From: Auanema rhodensis
Lineage: Eukaryota; Animalia; Nematoda
Assembly (NCBI GenBank): GCA_964057225.1
Contig: OZ059896.1
Coordinates: 2,728,001 to 2,792,000, forward strand
Direction: 5' to 3'
DNA: 64,000 nucleotides
The position numbers and the translations under genes are program-made. The notes below the pieces were generated by a model, which did not search any database, was not told the origin of the DNA, and worked only from the letters and a program-made list of their open reading frames with translations. Shown here piece by piece: positions 15,001 to 31,100 of the stretch (the stretch's first letter is position 1; each line of letters opens with the position of its first letter).

Positions 15001-18000
15001 CATGCACCAATATCAATAAAAATTTGTTTTTAGACTAATATGAACATGGGGAATCTAATTTTGAAAACCGCATCTCTTTATCTTTCACGTGAAGCGAGTT
15101 ACATACCAAGTGCACATAACGTGTACATTTAATTAGCATAAATTAAAGTTCACGTAAATTTCAAAGTCATGGTTACCATGCACCAATATCAATAAAAATT
15201 TGTTTTTAGACTAATATGGACATGGAGAATCTAATTTTGAAAACCGCATCTCTTTATCTTTCACGTGAAGCGAGTTACATACCAAGTGCACATCACGTGT
15301 ACATTTAATTAGCATAAATTAAAGTTCACGTAAATTTCAAAGTCATGGTTACCATGCACCAATATTAATAAAAATTTGTTTTTAAACTAATATGGACATG
15401 GGGAATCTAATTTTGAAAACCGCATCTCTTTATCTTTCACGTGAAGCGAGTTACATACCAAGTGCACATCACGTGTACATTTAATTAGCATAAATTAAAG
15501 TTCACGTAAATTTCAAAGTCATGGTTACCATGAACCAATATCAATAAAAATTTGTTTTTAGACTAATATGGACATGGGGAATCTAATTTTGAAAATCGCA
15601 TCTCTTTATCTTTCACGTGAAGCGAGTTACATACCAAGTGCACATAACGTGTACATTTAATTAGCATAAATTAAAGTTCACGTAAATTTCAAAGTCATGG
15701 TTACCATGCACCAATATCAATAAAAATTTGTTTTTAGACTAATATGGACATGGAGAATCTAATTTTGAAAACCGCATCTCTTTATCTTTCACGTGAAGCG
15801 AGTTACATACCAAGTGCACATCACGTGTACATTTAATTAGCATAAATTAAAGTTCACGTAAATTTCAAAGTCATGGTTACCATGCACCAATATCAATAAA
15901 AATTTGTTTTTAGACTAATATGGACATGGGGAATCTAATTTTGAAAACCGCATCTCTTTATCTTTCACGTGAAGCGAGTTACATACCAAGTGCACATCAC
16001 GTGTACACTTAATTAGCATAAATTAAAGTTCACGTAAATTTCAAAGTCATGGTTACCATGCACCAATATCAATAAAAATTTGTTTTTAGACTAATATGGA
16101 CATGGGGAATCTAATTTTGAAAACCGCATCTCTTTATCTTTCAAGTGAAGCGAGTTACATACCAAGTGCACATAACGTGTACATTTAATTAGCATAAATT
16201 AAAGTTCACGTAAATTTCAAAGTCATGGTTACCATGCACCAATATCAATAAAAATTTGTTTTTAGACTAATATGGACATGGAGAATCTAATTTTGAAAAC
16301 CGCATCTCTTTATCTTTCACGTGAAGCGAGTTACATACCAAGTGCACATCACGTGTACATTTAATTAGCATAAATTAAAGTTCACGTAAATTTCAAAGTC
16401 ATGGTTACCATGCACCAATATCAATAAAAATTTGTTTTTAGACTAATATGGACATGGGGAATCTAATTTTGAAAACCGCATCTCTTTATCTTTCACGTGA
16501 AGCGAGTTACATACCAAGTGCACATCACGTGTACACTTAATTAGCATAAATTAAAGTTCACGTAAATTTCAAAGTCATGGTTACCATGCACCAATATCAA
16601 TAAAAATTTGTTTTTAGACTAATATGGACATGGGGAATCTAATTTTGAAAACCGCATCTCTTTATCTTTCAAGTGAAGCGAGTTACATACCAAGTGCACA
16701 TCACGTGTACATTTAATTAGCATAAATTAAAGTTCACGTAAATTTCAAAGTCATGGTTACCATGCACCAATATCAATAAAAATTTGTTTTTAGACTAATA
16801 TGGACATGGGGAATCTAATTTTGAAAATCGCATCTCTTTATCTTTCACGTGAAGCGAGTTACATACCAAGTGCACATCACGTGTACATTTAATTAGCATA
16901 AATTAAAGTTCACGTAAATTTCAAAGTCATGGTTACCATGAACCAATATCAATAAAAATTTGTTTTTAGACTAATATGGACATGGGGAATCTAATTTTGA
17001 AAACCGCATCTCTTTATCTTTCACGTGAAGCGAGTTACATACCAAGTGCACATACGTGTACATTTAATTAGCATAAATTAAAGTTCACGTAAATTTCAAA
17101 GTCATGGTTACCATGCACCAATATCAATAAAAATTTGTTTTTAGACTAATATGGACATGGGGAATCTAATTTTGAAAATCGCATCTCTTTATCTTTCACG
17201 TGAAGCGAGTTACATACCAAGTGCACATCACGTGTACATTTAATTAGCATAAATTAAAGTTCACGTAAATTTCAAAGTCATGGTTACCATGAACCAATAT
17301 CAATAAAAATTTGTTTTTAGACTAATATGGACATGGGGAATCTAATTTTGAAAACCGCATCTCTTTATCTTTCACGTGAAGCGAGTTACATACCAAGTGC
17401 ACATCACGTGTACATTTAATTAGCATAAATTAAAGTTCACGTAAATTTCAAAGTCATGGTTACCATGAACCAATATCAATAAAAATTTGTTTTTAGACTA
17501 ATATGGACATGGGGAATCTAATTTTGAAAACCGCATCTCTTTATCTTTCACGTGAAGCGAGTTACATACCAAGTGCACATCACGTGTACATTTAATTAGC
17601 ATAAATTAAAGTTCACGTAAATTTCAAAGTCATGGTTACCATGAACCAATATCAATAAAAATTTGTTTTTAGACTAATATGGACATGGGGAATCTAATTT
17701 TGAAAACCGCATCTCTTTATCTTTCACGTGAAGCGAGTTACATACCAAGTGCACATCACGTGTACATTTAATTAGCATAAATTAAAGTTCACGTAAATTT
17801 CAAAGTCATGGTTACCATGCACCAATATCAATAAAAATTTGTTTTTAGACTAATTTGGACATGGGGAATCTAATTTTGAAAACCGCATCTCTTTATCTTT
17901 CAAGTGAAGCGAGTTACATACCAAGTGCACATCACGTGTACATTTAATTAGCATAAATTAAAGTTCACGTAAATTTCAAAGTCATGGTTACCATGAACCA

Positions 18001-21000
18001 ATATCAATAAAAATTTGTTTTTAGACTAATATGGACATGGGGAATCTAATTTTGAAAACCGCATCTCTTTATCTTTCACGTGAAGCGAGTTACATACCAA
18101 GTGCACATCACGTGTACATTTAATTAGCATAAATTAAAGTTCACGTAAATTTCAAAGTCATGGTTACCATGAACCAATATCAATAAAAATTTGTTTTTAG
18201 ACTAATATGGACATGGGGAATCTAATTTTGAAAACCGCATCTCTTTATCTTTCACGTGAAGCGAGTTACATACCAAGTGCACATCACGTGTACATTTAAT
18301 TAGCATAAATTAAAGTTCACGTAAATTTCAAAGTCATGGTTACCATGCACCAATATCAATAAAAATTTGTTTTTAGACTAATATGGACATGGGGAATCTA
18401 ATTTTGAAAATCGCATCTCTTTATCTTTCACGTGAAGCGAGTTACATACCAAGTGCACATCACGTGTACATTTAATTAGCATAAATTAAAGTTCACGTAA
18501 ATTTCAAAGTCATGGTTACCATGAACCAATATCAATAAAAATTTGTTTTTAGACTAATATGGACATGGGGAATCTAATTTTGAAAACCGCATCTCTTTAT
18601 CTTTCACGTGAAGCGAGTTACATACCAAGTGCACATCACGTGTACATTTAATTAGCATAAATTAAAGTTCACGTAAATTTCAAAGTCATGGTTACCATGA
18701 ACCAATATCAATAAAAATTTGTTTTTAGACTAATATGGACATGGGGAATCTAATTTTGAAAACCGCATCTCTTTATCTTTCACGTGAAGCGAGTTACATA
18801 CCAAGTGCACATCACGTGTACATTTAATTAGCATAAATTAAAGTTCACGTAAATTTCAAAGTCATGGTTACCATGCACCAATATCAATAAAAATTTATTT
18901 TTAGACTAATATGGACATGGGGAATCTAATTGTGAAAACCGCATCTCTTTATCTTTCAAGTGAAGCGAGTTACATACCAAGTGCACATCACGTGTACATT
19001 TAATTAGCATAAATTAAAGTTCACGTAAATTTCAAAGTCATGGTTACCATGCACCAATATCAATAAAAATTTGTTTTTAGACTAATATGGACATGTGGAA
19101 TCTAATTTTGAAAATCGCATCTCTTTATCTTTCACGTGAAGCAAGTTACATACCAAGTGCACATCACGTGTACATTTAATTAGCATAAATTAAAGTTCAC
19201 GTAAATTTCAAAGTCATGGTTACCATGAACCAATATCAATAAAAATTGGTTTTTAGACTAATATGGACATGGGGAATCTAATTTTGAAAACCGCATCTCT
19301 TTATCTTTCACGTGAAGCGAGTTACATACCAAGTGCACATCACGTGTACATTTAATTAGCATAAATTAAAGTTCACGTAAATTTCAAAGTCATGGTTACC
19401 ATGAACCAATATCAATGAAAATTTGTTTTTAGACTAATATGGACATGGGGAATCTAATTTTGAAAACCGCATCTCTTTATCTTTCACGTGAAGCGAGTTA
19501 CATACCAAGTGCACATCACGTGTACATTTAATTAGCATAAATTAAAGTTCACGTAAATTTCAAAGTCATGGTTACCATGCACCAATATCAATAAAAATTT
19601 GTTTTTAGACTAATATGGACATGGGGAATCTAATTTTGAAAATCGCATCTCTTTATCTTTCACGTGAAGCGAGTTACATACCAAGTGCACATCACGTGTA
19701 CATTTAATTAGCATAAATTAAAGTTCACGTAAATTTCAAAGTCATGGTTACCATGAACCAATATCAATAAAAATTTGTTTTTAGACTAATATGGACATGG
19801 GGAATCTAATTTTGAAAACCGTATCTCTTTATCTTTCACGTGAAGCGAGTTACATACCAAGTGCACATCACGTGTACATTTAATTAGCATAAATTAAAGT
19901 TCACGTAAATTTCAAAGTCATGGTTACCATGAACCAATATCAAAAAAAATTTGTTTTTAGACTAATATGGACATGGGGAATCTAATTTTAAAAACCGCAT
20001 CTCTTTATCTTTCACGTGAAGCGAGTTACATACCAAGAGCACATCACGTGTACATTTAATTAGCATAAATTAAAGTTCACGTAAATTTCAAAGTCATGGT
20101 TACCATGCACCAATATCAATAAAAATTTATTTTTAGACTAATATGGACATGGGGAATCTAATTGTGAAAACCGCATCTCTTTATCTTTCAAGTGAAGCGA
20201 GTTACATACCAAGTGCACATCACGTGTACATTTAATTAGCATAAATTAAAGTTCACGTAAATTTCAAAGTCATGGTTACCATGCACCAATATCAATAAAA
20301 ATTTGTTTTTAGACTAATATGGACATGGGGAATCTAATTTTGAAAATCGCATCTCTTTATCTTTCACGTGAAGCAAGTTACATACCAAGTGCACATCACG
20401 TGTACATTTAATTAGCATAAATTAAAGTTCACGTAAATTTCAAAGTCATGGTTACCATGAACCAATATCAATAAAAATTTGTTTTTAGACTAATATGGAC
20501 ATGGGGAATCTAATTTTGAAAACCGCATCTCTTTATCTTTCACGTGAAGCGAGTTACATACCAAGTGCACATCACGTGTACATTTAATTAGCATAAATTA
20601 AAGTTCACGTAAATTTCAAAGTCATGGTTACCATGAACCAATATCAATAAAAATTTGTTTTTAGACTAATATGGACATGGGGAATCTAATTTTGAAAACC
20701 GCATCTCTTTATCTTTCACGTGAAGCGAGTTACATACCAAGTGCACATCACGTGTACATTTAATTAGCATAAATTAAAGTTCACGTAAATTTCAAAGTCA
20801 TGGTTACCATGCACCAATATCAATAAAAATTTGTTTTTAGACTAATATGGACATGGGGAATCTAATTGTGAAAACCGCATCTCTTTATCTTTCAAGTGAA
20901 GCGAGTTACATACCAAGTGCACATCACGTGTACATTTAATTAGCATAAATTAAAGTTCACGTAAATTTCAAAGTCATGGTTACCATGCACCAATATCAAT

Positions 21001-21645
21001 AAAAATTTGTTTTTAGACTAATATGGACATGGGGAATCTAATTTTGAAAATCGCATCTCTTTATCTTTCACGTGAAGCGAGTTACATACCAAGTGCACAT
21101 CACGTGTACATTTAATTAGCATAAATTAAAGTTCACGTAAATTTCAAAGTCATGGTTACCATGAACCAATATCAATAAAAATTTGTTTTTAGACTAATAT
21201 GGACATGGGGAATCTAATTTTGAAAACCGCATCTCTTTATCTTTCACGTGAAGCGAGTTACATACCAAGTGCACATCACGTGTACATTTAATTAGCATAA
21301 ATTAAAGTTCACGTAAATTTCAAAGTCATGGTTACCATGCACCAATATCAATAAAAATTTGTTTTTAGACTAATTTGAACATGGGGAATCTAATTTTGAA
21401 AACCGCATCTCTTTATCTTTCAAGTGAAGCGAGTTACATACCAAGTGCACTTCACGTGTACATTTAATTAGCATAAATTAAAGTTCACGTAAATTTCAAA
21501 GTCATGGTTACCATGAACCAATATCAATAAAAATTTGTTTTTAAACTAATATGGACATGGGGAATCTAATTTTGAAAACCGCATCTCTTTATCTTTCACG
21601 TGAAGCGAGTTACATACCAAGTGCACATCACGTGTACATTTAATT

Positions 21646-24600
21646 AGCATAAATTAAAGTTCCCGTAAATTTCAAAGTCATGGTTACCATGAACCAATAT
21701 CAATAAAAATTTGTTTTAAACTAATATGGACATGGGGAATCTAATTTTGAAAACCGCATCTCTTTATCTTTCACGTGAAGCGAGTTACATACCTAGTGCA
21801 CATCACGTGTACATTTAATTAGCATAAATTAAAGTTCACGTAAATTTCAAAGTCATGGTTACCATGCACCAATATCAATAAAAATTTGTTTTTAAACTAA
21901 TATGGACATGGGGAATCTAATTTTGAAAACCGCATCTCTTTATCTTTCACGTGAAGCGAGTTACATATCTAGTGCACATCACGTGTACATTTAATTAGCA
22001 TAAATTAAAGTTCACGTAAATTTCAAAGTCATGGTTACCATGCACCAATATCAATAAAAATTTGTTTTTAAACTAATATGGACATGGGGAATCTAATTTT
22101 GAAAACCGCATCTCTTTATCTTTCACGTGAAGCGAGTTACATACCTAGTGCACATCACGTGTACATTTAATTAGCATAAATTAAAGTTCACGTAAATTTC
22201 AAAGTCATGGTTACCATGAACCAATATCAATAAAAATTTGTTTTTAAACTAATATGGACATGGGGAATCTAATTTTGAAAACCGCATCTCTTTATCTTTC
22301 ACGTGAAGCGAGTTACATACCAAGTGCACATCACGTGTACATTTAATTAGCATAAATTAAAGTTCACGTAAATTTCAAAGTCATGGTTACCATGAACCAA
22401 TATCAATAAAAATTTGTTTTTAAACTAATATGGACATGGGGAATCTAATTTTGAAAACCGCATCTCTTTATCTTTCACGTGAAGCGAGTTACATATCTAG
22501 TGCACATCACGTGTACATTTAATTAGCATAAATTAAAGTTCACGTAAATTTCAAAGTCATGGTTACCATGCACCAATATCAATAAAAATTTGTTTTTAAA
22601 CTAATATGGACATGGGGAATCTAATTTTGAAAACCGCATCTCTTTATCTTTCACGTGAAGCGAGTTACATATCTAGTGCACATCACGTGTACATTTAATT
22701 AGCATAAATTAAAGTTCACGTAAATTTCAAAGTCATGGTTACCATGCACCCATATCAATAAAAATTTGTTTTTAAACTAATATGGACATGGGGAATCTAA
22801 TTTTGAAAACCGCATCTCTTTATCTTTCACGTGAAGCGAGTTACATACCTAGTGCACATCACGTGTACATTTAATTAGCATAAATTAAAGTTCACGTAAA
22901 TTTCAAAGTCATGGTTACCATGAACCAATATCAATAAAAATTTGTTTTTAAACTAATATGGACATGGGGAATCTAATTTTGAAAACCGCATCTCTTTATC
23001 TTTCACGTGAAGCGAGTTACATACCAAGTGCACATCACGTGTACATTTAATTAGCATAAATTAAAGTTCACGTAAATTTCAAAGTCATGGTTACCATGCA
23101 CCAATATCAATAAAAATTTGTTTTTAAACTAATATGGACATGGGGAATCTAATTTTGAAAACCGCATCTCTTTATCTTTCACGTGAAGCGAGTTACATAC
23201 CTAGTGCACATCACGTGTACATTTAATTAGCATAAATTAAAGTTCACGTAAATTTCAAAGTCATGGTTACCATGAACCAATATCAATAAAAAATTGTTTT
23301 TAAACTAATATGGACATGGGGAATCTAATTTTGAAAACCGCATCTTTTTATCTTTCACGTGAAGCGAGTTACATACCTAGTGCACATCACGTGTACATTT
23401 AATTAGCATAAATTAAAGTTCCCGTAAATTTCAAAGTCATGGTTACCATGAACCAATATCAATAAAAATTTGTTTTAAACTAATATGGACATGGGGAATC
23501 TAATTTTGAAAACCGCATCTCTTTATCTTTCACGTGAAGCGAGTTACATACCTAGTGCACATCACGTGTACATTTAATTAGCATAAATTAAAGTTCACGT
23601 AAATTTCAAAGTCATGGTTACCATGCACCAATATCAATAAAAATTTGTTTTTAAACTAATATGGACATGGGGAATCTAATTTTGAAAACCGCATCTCTTT
23701 ATCTTTCACGTGAAGCGAGTTACATATCTAGTGCACATCACGTGTACATTTAATTAGCATAAATTAAAGTTCACGTAAATTTCAAAGTCATGGTTACCAT
23801 GCACCAATATCAATAAAAATTTGTTTTTAAACTAATATGGACATGGGGAATCTAATTTTGAAAACCGCATCTCTTTATCTTTCACGTGAAGCGAGTTACA
23901 TACCTAGTGCACATCACGTGTACATTTAATTAGCATAAATTAAAGTTCACGTAAATTTCAAAGTCATGGTTACCATGAACCAATATCAATAAAAATTTGT
24001 TTTTAAACTAATATGGACATGGGGAATCTAATTTTGAAAACCGCATCTCTTTATCTTTCACGTGAAGCGAGTTACATACCAAGTGCACATCACGTGTACA
24101 TTTAATTAGCATAAATTAAAGTTCACGTAAACTTCAAAGTCATGGTTACCATGAACCAATATCAATAAAAATTTGTTTTTAAACTAATATGGACATGGGG
24201 AATCTAATTTTGAAAACCGCATCTCTTTATCTTTCACGTGAAGCGAGTTACATATCTAGTGCACATCACGTGTACATTTAATTAGCATAAATTAAAGTTC
24301 ACGTAAATTTCAAAGTCATGGTTACCATGCACCAATATCAATAAAAATTTGTTTTTAAACTAATATGGACATGGGGAATCTAATTTTGAAAACCGCATCT
24401 CTTTATCTTTCACGTGAAGCGAGTTACATACCTAGTGCACATCACGTGTACATTTAATTAGCATAAATTAAAGTTCACGTAAATTTCAAAGTCATGGTTA
24501 CCATGCACCAATATCAATAAAAATTTGTTTTTAAACTAATATGGACATGGGGAATCTAATTTTGAAAACCGCATCTCTTTATCTTTCACGTGAAGCGAGT

Positions 24601-25163
24601 TACATATCTAGTGCACATCACGTGTACATTTAATTAGCATAAATTAAAGTTCACGTAAATTTCAAAGTCATGGTTACCATGCACCAATATCAATAAAAAT
24701 TTGTTTTTAAACTAATATGGACATGGGGAATCTAATTTTGAAAACCGCATCTCTTTATCTTTCACGTGAAGCGAGTTACATACCTAGTGCACATCACGTG
24801 TACATTTAATTAGCATAAATTAAAGTTCACGTAAATTTCAAAGTCATGGTTACCATGAACCAATATCAATAAAAATTTGTTTTTAAACTAATATGGACAT
24901 GGGGAATCTAATTTTGAAAACCGCATCTCTTTATCTTTCACGTGAAGCGAGTTACATACCAAGTGCACATCACGTGTACATTTAATTAGCATAAATTAAA
25001 GTTCACGTAAATTTCAAAGTCATGGTTACCATGAACCAATATCAATAAAAAATTGTTTTTAAACTAATATGGACATGGGGAATCTAATTTTGAAAACCGC
25101 ATCTTTTTATCTTTCACGTGAAGCGAGTTACATACCTAGTGCACATCACGTGTACATTTAATT
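21646..25163. repeat. Tandem duplication of a 10-monomer block (1759 bp)
   Basis: Rare TTCCCGTAAA variant at 21662 and 23421, and AAAAAATTG + ATCTTTTT variant monomer near 23290 and 25050, are both offset by 1759 = 10x176-1. Confidence 0.8.
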
Positions 25164-28100
25164 AGCATAAATTAAAGTTCACGTAAATTTCAAAGTCATG
25201 GTTACCATGCACCAATATCAATAAAAATTTGTTTTTAAACTAATATGGACATGGGGAATCTAATTTTGAAAACCGCATCTCTTTATCTTTCACGTGAAGC
25301 GAGTTACATACCTAGTGCACATCACGTGTACATTTAATTAGCATAAATTAAAGTTCACGTAAATTTCAAAGTCATGGTTACCATGAACCAATATCAATAA
25401 AAATTTGTTTTTAAACTAATAAGGACATGGGGAATCTAATTTTGAAAACCGCATCTCTTTATCTTTCACGTGAAGCGAGTTACATACCTAGTGCACATCA
25501 CGTGTACATTTAATTAGCATAAATTAAAGTTCACGTAAATTTCAAAGACATGGTTACCATGAACCAATATCAATAAAAATTTGTTTTAAACTAATATGGA
25601 CATGGGGAATCTAATTTTGAAAACCGCATCTCTTTATCTTTCACGTGAAGCGAGTTACATACCTAGTGCACATCACGTGTACATTTAATTAGCATAAATT
25701 AAAGTTCACGGAAATTTCAAAGTCATGGTTACCATGAACCAATATCAATAAAAATTTGTTTTTAAACTAATATGGACATGAGGAATCTAAGTTTGAAAAC
25801 CGCATCTCTTTATCTTACACGTGAAGCGAGTTACATACCTAGTGCACATCACGTGTACATTTAATTAGCATAAATTAAAGTTCACGTAAATTTCAAAGTC
25901 ATGGTTACCATGAACCAATATCAATAAAAATTTGTTTTTAGACTAATATGGACATGGGGAATCTAATTTTGAAAACCGCATCTCTTTATCTTTCACGCGA
26001 AGCGAGTTACATACCAAGTGCACATCACGTGTACATTTAATTAGCATAAATTAAAGTTCACGTAAATTTCAAAGTCATGGTTACCATGAACCAATATCAA
26101 TAAAAATTTGTTTTTAGACTAATATGGACATGGGGAATCTAATTTTGAAAACCGCATCTCTTTATCTTTCACGTGAAGCGAGTTACATACCAAGTGCACA
26201 TCACGTGTACATTTAATTAGCATAAATTAAAGTTCACGTAAATTTCAAAGTCATGGTTACCATGAACCAATATCAATAAAAATTTGTTTTTAGACTAATA
26301 TGGACATGGGGAATCTAATTTTGTAAACCGCATCTCTTTATCTTTCACGTGAAGCGAGTTACATTCCTAGTGCACATCACGTGTACATTTAATTAGCATA
26401 AATTAAAGTTCACGTAAATTTCAAAGTCATGGTTACCATGAACCAATATCAATAAAAATTTGTTTTTAGACTAATATGGACATGGGGAATCTAATTTTGA
26501 AAACCGCATCTCTTTATCTTTCACGTGAAGCGAGTTACATACCAAGTGCACATCACGTGTACATTTAATTAGCATAAATTAAAGTTCACGTAAATTTCAA
26601 AGTCATGGTTACCATGCACCAATATTAATAAAAATTTGTTTTTAGACTAATATGGACATGGGGAATCTAATTTTGAAAACCGCATCTCTTTATCTTTCAC
26701 GTGAAGCGAGTTACATACCAAGTGCACATCACGTTTACATTTAATTAGCATAAATTAAAGTTCACGTAAATTTCAAAGTCATGGTTACCATGAACCAATA
26801 TCAATAAAAATTTGTTTTTAGACTAATATGGACATGGGGAATCTAATTTTGAAAACCGCATCTCTTTATCTTTCACGTGAAGCGAGTTACATACCAAGTG
26901 CACATCACGTGTACATTTAATTAGCATAAATTAAGGTTCACGTAAATTTCAAAGTCATGGTTACCATGCACCAATATTAATAAAAATTTGTTTTTAGACT
27001 AATATGGACATGGGGAATCTAATTTTGAAAACCGCATCTCTTTATCTTTCACGTGAAGCGAGTTACATACCAAGTGCACATCACGTGTACATTTAATTAG
27101 CATAAATTAAAGTTCACGTAAATTTCAAAGTCATGGTTACCATGAACCAATATCAATAAAAATTTGTTTTTAGACTAATATGGACATGGGGAATCTAATT
27201 TTGAAAACCGCATCTCTTTATCTTTCACGTGAAGCGAGTTACATACCAAGTGCACATCACGTGTACATTTAATTAGCATAAATTAAAGTTCACGTAAATT
27301 TCAAAGTCATGGTTACCATGCACCAATATCAATAAAAATTTGTTTTTAGACTAATTTGAACATGGGGAATCTAATTTTGAAAACCGCATCTCTTTATCTT
27401 TCAAGTGAAGCGAGTTACATACCAAGTGCACTTCACGTGTACATTTAATTAGCATAAATTAAAGTTCACGTAAATTTCAAAGTCATGGTTACCATGAACC
27501 AATATCAATAAAAATTTGTTTTTAAACTAATATGGACATGGGGAATCTAATTTTGAAAACCGCATCTCTTTATCTTTCACGTGAAGCGAGTTACATACCA
27601 AGTGCACATCACGTGTACATTTAATTAGCATAAATTAAAGTTCACGTAAATTTCAAAGTCATGGTTACCATGAACCAATATCAATAAAAATTTGTTTTTA
27701 GACTAATATGGACATGGGGAATCTAATTTTGAAAACCGCATCTCTTTATCTTTCACGTGAAGCGAGTTACATACCAAGTGCACATCACGTGTACATTTAA
27801 TTAGCATAAATTAAAGTTCACGTAAATTTCAAAGTCATGGTTACCATGAACCAATATCAATAAAAATTTGTTTTTAGACTAATATGGACATGGGGAATCT
27901 AATTTTGAAAATCGCATCTCTTTATCTTTCACGTGAAGCGAGTTACATACCAAGTGCACATCACGTGTACATTTAATTAGCATAAATTAAAGTTCACGTA
28001 AATTTCAAAGTCATGGTTACCATGAACCAATATCAATAAAAATTTGTTTTTAGACTAATTTGAACATGGGGAATCTAATTTTGAAAACCGCATCTCTTTA

Positions 28101-31100
28101 TCTTTCAAGTGAAGCGAGTTACATACCAAGTGCACTTCACGTGTACATTTAATTAGCATAAATTAAAGTTCACGTAAATTTCAAAGTCATGGTTACCATG
28201 AACCAATATCAATAAAAATTTGTTTTTAAACTAATATGGACATGGGGAATCTAATTTTGAAAACCGCATCTCTTTATCTTTCAAGTGAAGCGAGTTACAT
28301 ACCAAGTGCACTTCACGTGTACATTTAATTAGCATAAATTAAAGTTCACGTAAATTTCAAAGTCATGGTTACCATGAACCAATATCAATAAAAATTTGTT
28401 TTTAGACTAATTTGAACATGGGGAATCTAATTTTGAAAACCGCATCTCTTTATCTTTCAAGTGAAGCGAGTTACATACCAAGTGCACTTCACGTGTACAT
28501 TTAATTAGCATAAATTAAAGTTCACGTAAATTTCAAAGTCATGGTTACCATGAACCAATATCAATAAAAATTTGTTTTTAGACTAATTTGAACATGGGGA
28601 ATCTAATTTTGAAAACCGCATCTCTTTATCTTTCAAGTGAAGCGAGTTACATACCAAGTGCACTTCACGTGTACATTTAATTAGCATAAATTAAAGTTCA
28701 CGTAAATTTCAAAGTCATGGTTACCATGAACCAATATCAATAAAAATTTGTTTTTAGACTAATTTGAACATGGGGAATCTAATTTTGAAAACCGCATCTC
28801 TTTATCTTTCAAGTGAAGCGAGTTACATACCAAGTGCACTTCACGTGTACATTTAATTAGCATAAATTAAAGTTCACGTAAATTTCAAAGTCATGGTTAC
28901 CATGAACCAATATCAATAAAAATTTGTTTTTAAACTAATATGGACATGGGGAATCTAATTTTGAAAACCGCATCTCTTTATCTTTCACGTGAAGCGAGTT
29001 ACATACCAAGTGCACATCACGTGTACATTTAATTAGCATAAATTAAAGTTCACGTAAATTTCAAAGTCATGGTTACCATGAACCAATATCAATAAAAATT
29101 TGTTTTAAACTAATATGGACATGGGGAATCTAATTTTGAAAACCGCATCTCTTTATCTTTCACGTGAAGCGAGTTACATACCTAGTGCACATCACGTGTA
29201 CATTTAATTAGCATAAATTAAAGTTCACGTAAATTTCAAAGTCATGGTTACCATGCACCAATATCAATAAAAATTTGTTTTTAAACTAATATGGACATGG
29301 GGAATCTAATTTTGAAAACCGCATCTCTTTATCTTTCACGTGAAGCGAGTTACATATCTAGTGCACATCACGTGTACATTTAATTAGCATAAATTAAAGT
29401 TCACGTAAATTTCAAAGTCATGGTTACCATGCACCAATATCAATAAAAATTTGTTTTTAAACTAATATGGACATGGGGAATCTAATTTTGAAAACCGCAT
29501 CTCTTTATCTTTCACGTGAAGCGAGTTACATATCTAGTGCACATCACGTGTACATTTAATTAGCATAAATTAAAGTTCACGTAAATTTCAAAGTCATGGT
29601 TACCATGCACCAATATCAATAAAAATTTGTTTTTAAACTAATATGGACATGGGGAATCTAATTTTGAAAACCGCATCTCTTTATCTTTCACGTGAAGCGA
29701 GTTACATACCTAGTGCACATCACGTGTACATTTAATTAGCATAAATTAAAGTTCACGTAAATTTCAAAGTCATGGTTACCATGAACCAATATCAATAAAA
29801 ATTTGTTTTTAAACTAATATGGACATGGGGAATCTAATTTTGAAAACCGTATCTTTTTATCTTTCACGTGAAGCGAGTTACATACCTAGTGCACATCACG
29901 TGTACATTTAATTAGCATAAATTAAAGTTCACGTAAATTTCAAAGTCATGGTTACCATGAACCAATATCAATAAAAATTTGTTTTTAGACTAATATGGAC
30001 ATGGGGAATCTAATTTTGAAAACCGCATCTCTTTATCTTTCACGTGAAGCGAGTTACATACCTAGTGCACATCACGTGTACATTTAATTAGCATAAATTA
30101 AAGTTCACGTAAATTTCAAAGTCATGGTTACCATGAACCAATATCAATAAAAATTTGTTTTTAAACTAATATGGACATGGGGAATCTAATTTTGAAAACC
30201 GCATCTCTTTATCTTTCACGTGAAGCGAGTTACATACCTAGTGCACATCACGTGTACATTTAATTAGCATAAATTAAAGTTCACGTAAATTTCAAAGACA
30301 TGGTTACCATGAACCAATATCAATAAAAATTTGTTTTAAACTAATATGGACATGGGGAATCTAATTTTGAAAACCGCATCTCTTTATCTTTCACGTGAAG
30401 CGAGTTACATACCAAGTGCACATCACGTGTACATTTAATTAGCATAAATTAAAGTTCACGTAAATTTCAAAGTCATGGTTACCATGAACCAATATCAATA
30501 AAAATTTGTTTTTAAACTAATATGGACATGGGGAATCTAATTTTGAAAACCGTATCTTTTTATCTTTCACGTGAAGCGAGTTACATACCTAGTGCACATC
30601 ACGTGTACATTTAATTAGCATAAATTAAAGTTCACGTAAATTTCAAAGTCATGGTTACCATGCACCAATATCAATAAAAATTTGTTTTTAAACTAATATG
30701 GACATGGGGAATCTAATTTTGAAAACCGCATCTCTTTATCTTTCACGTGAAGCGAGTTACATACCTAGTGCACATCACGTGTACATTTAATTAGCATAAA
30801 TTAAAGTTCACGTAAATTTCAAAGTCATGGTTACCATGAACCAATATCAATAAAAATTTGTTTTTAAACTAATATGGACATGGGGAATCTAATTTTGAAA
30901 ACCGCATCTCTTTATCTTTCACGTGAAGCGAGTTACATACCTAGTGCACATCACGTGTACATTTAATTAGCATAAATTAAAGTTCACGTAAATTTCAAAG
31001 ACATGGTTACCATGAACCAATATCAATAAAAATTTGGTTTAAACTAATATGGACATGGGTAATCTAATTTTGAAAACCGCATCTCTTTATCTTTCACGTG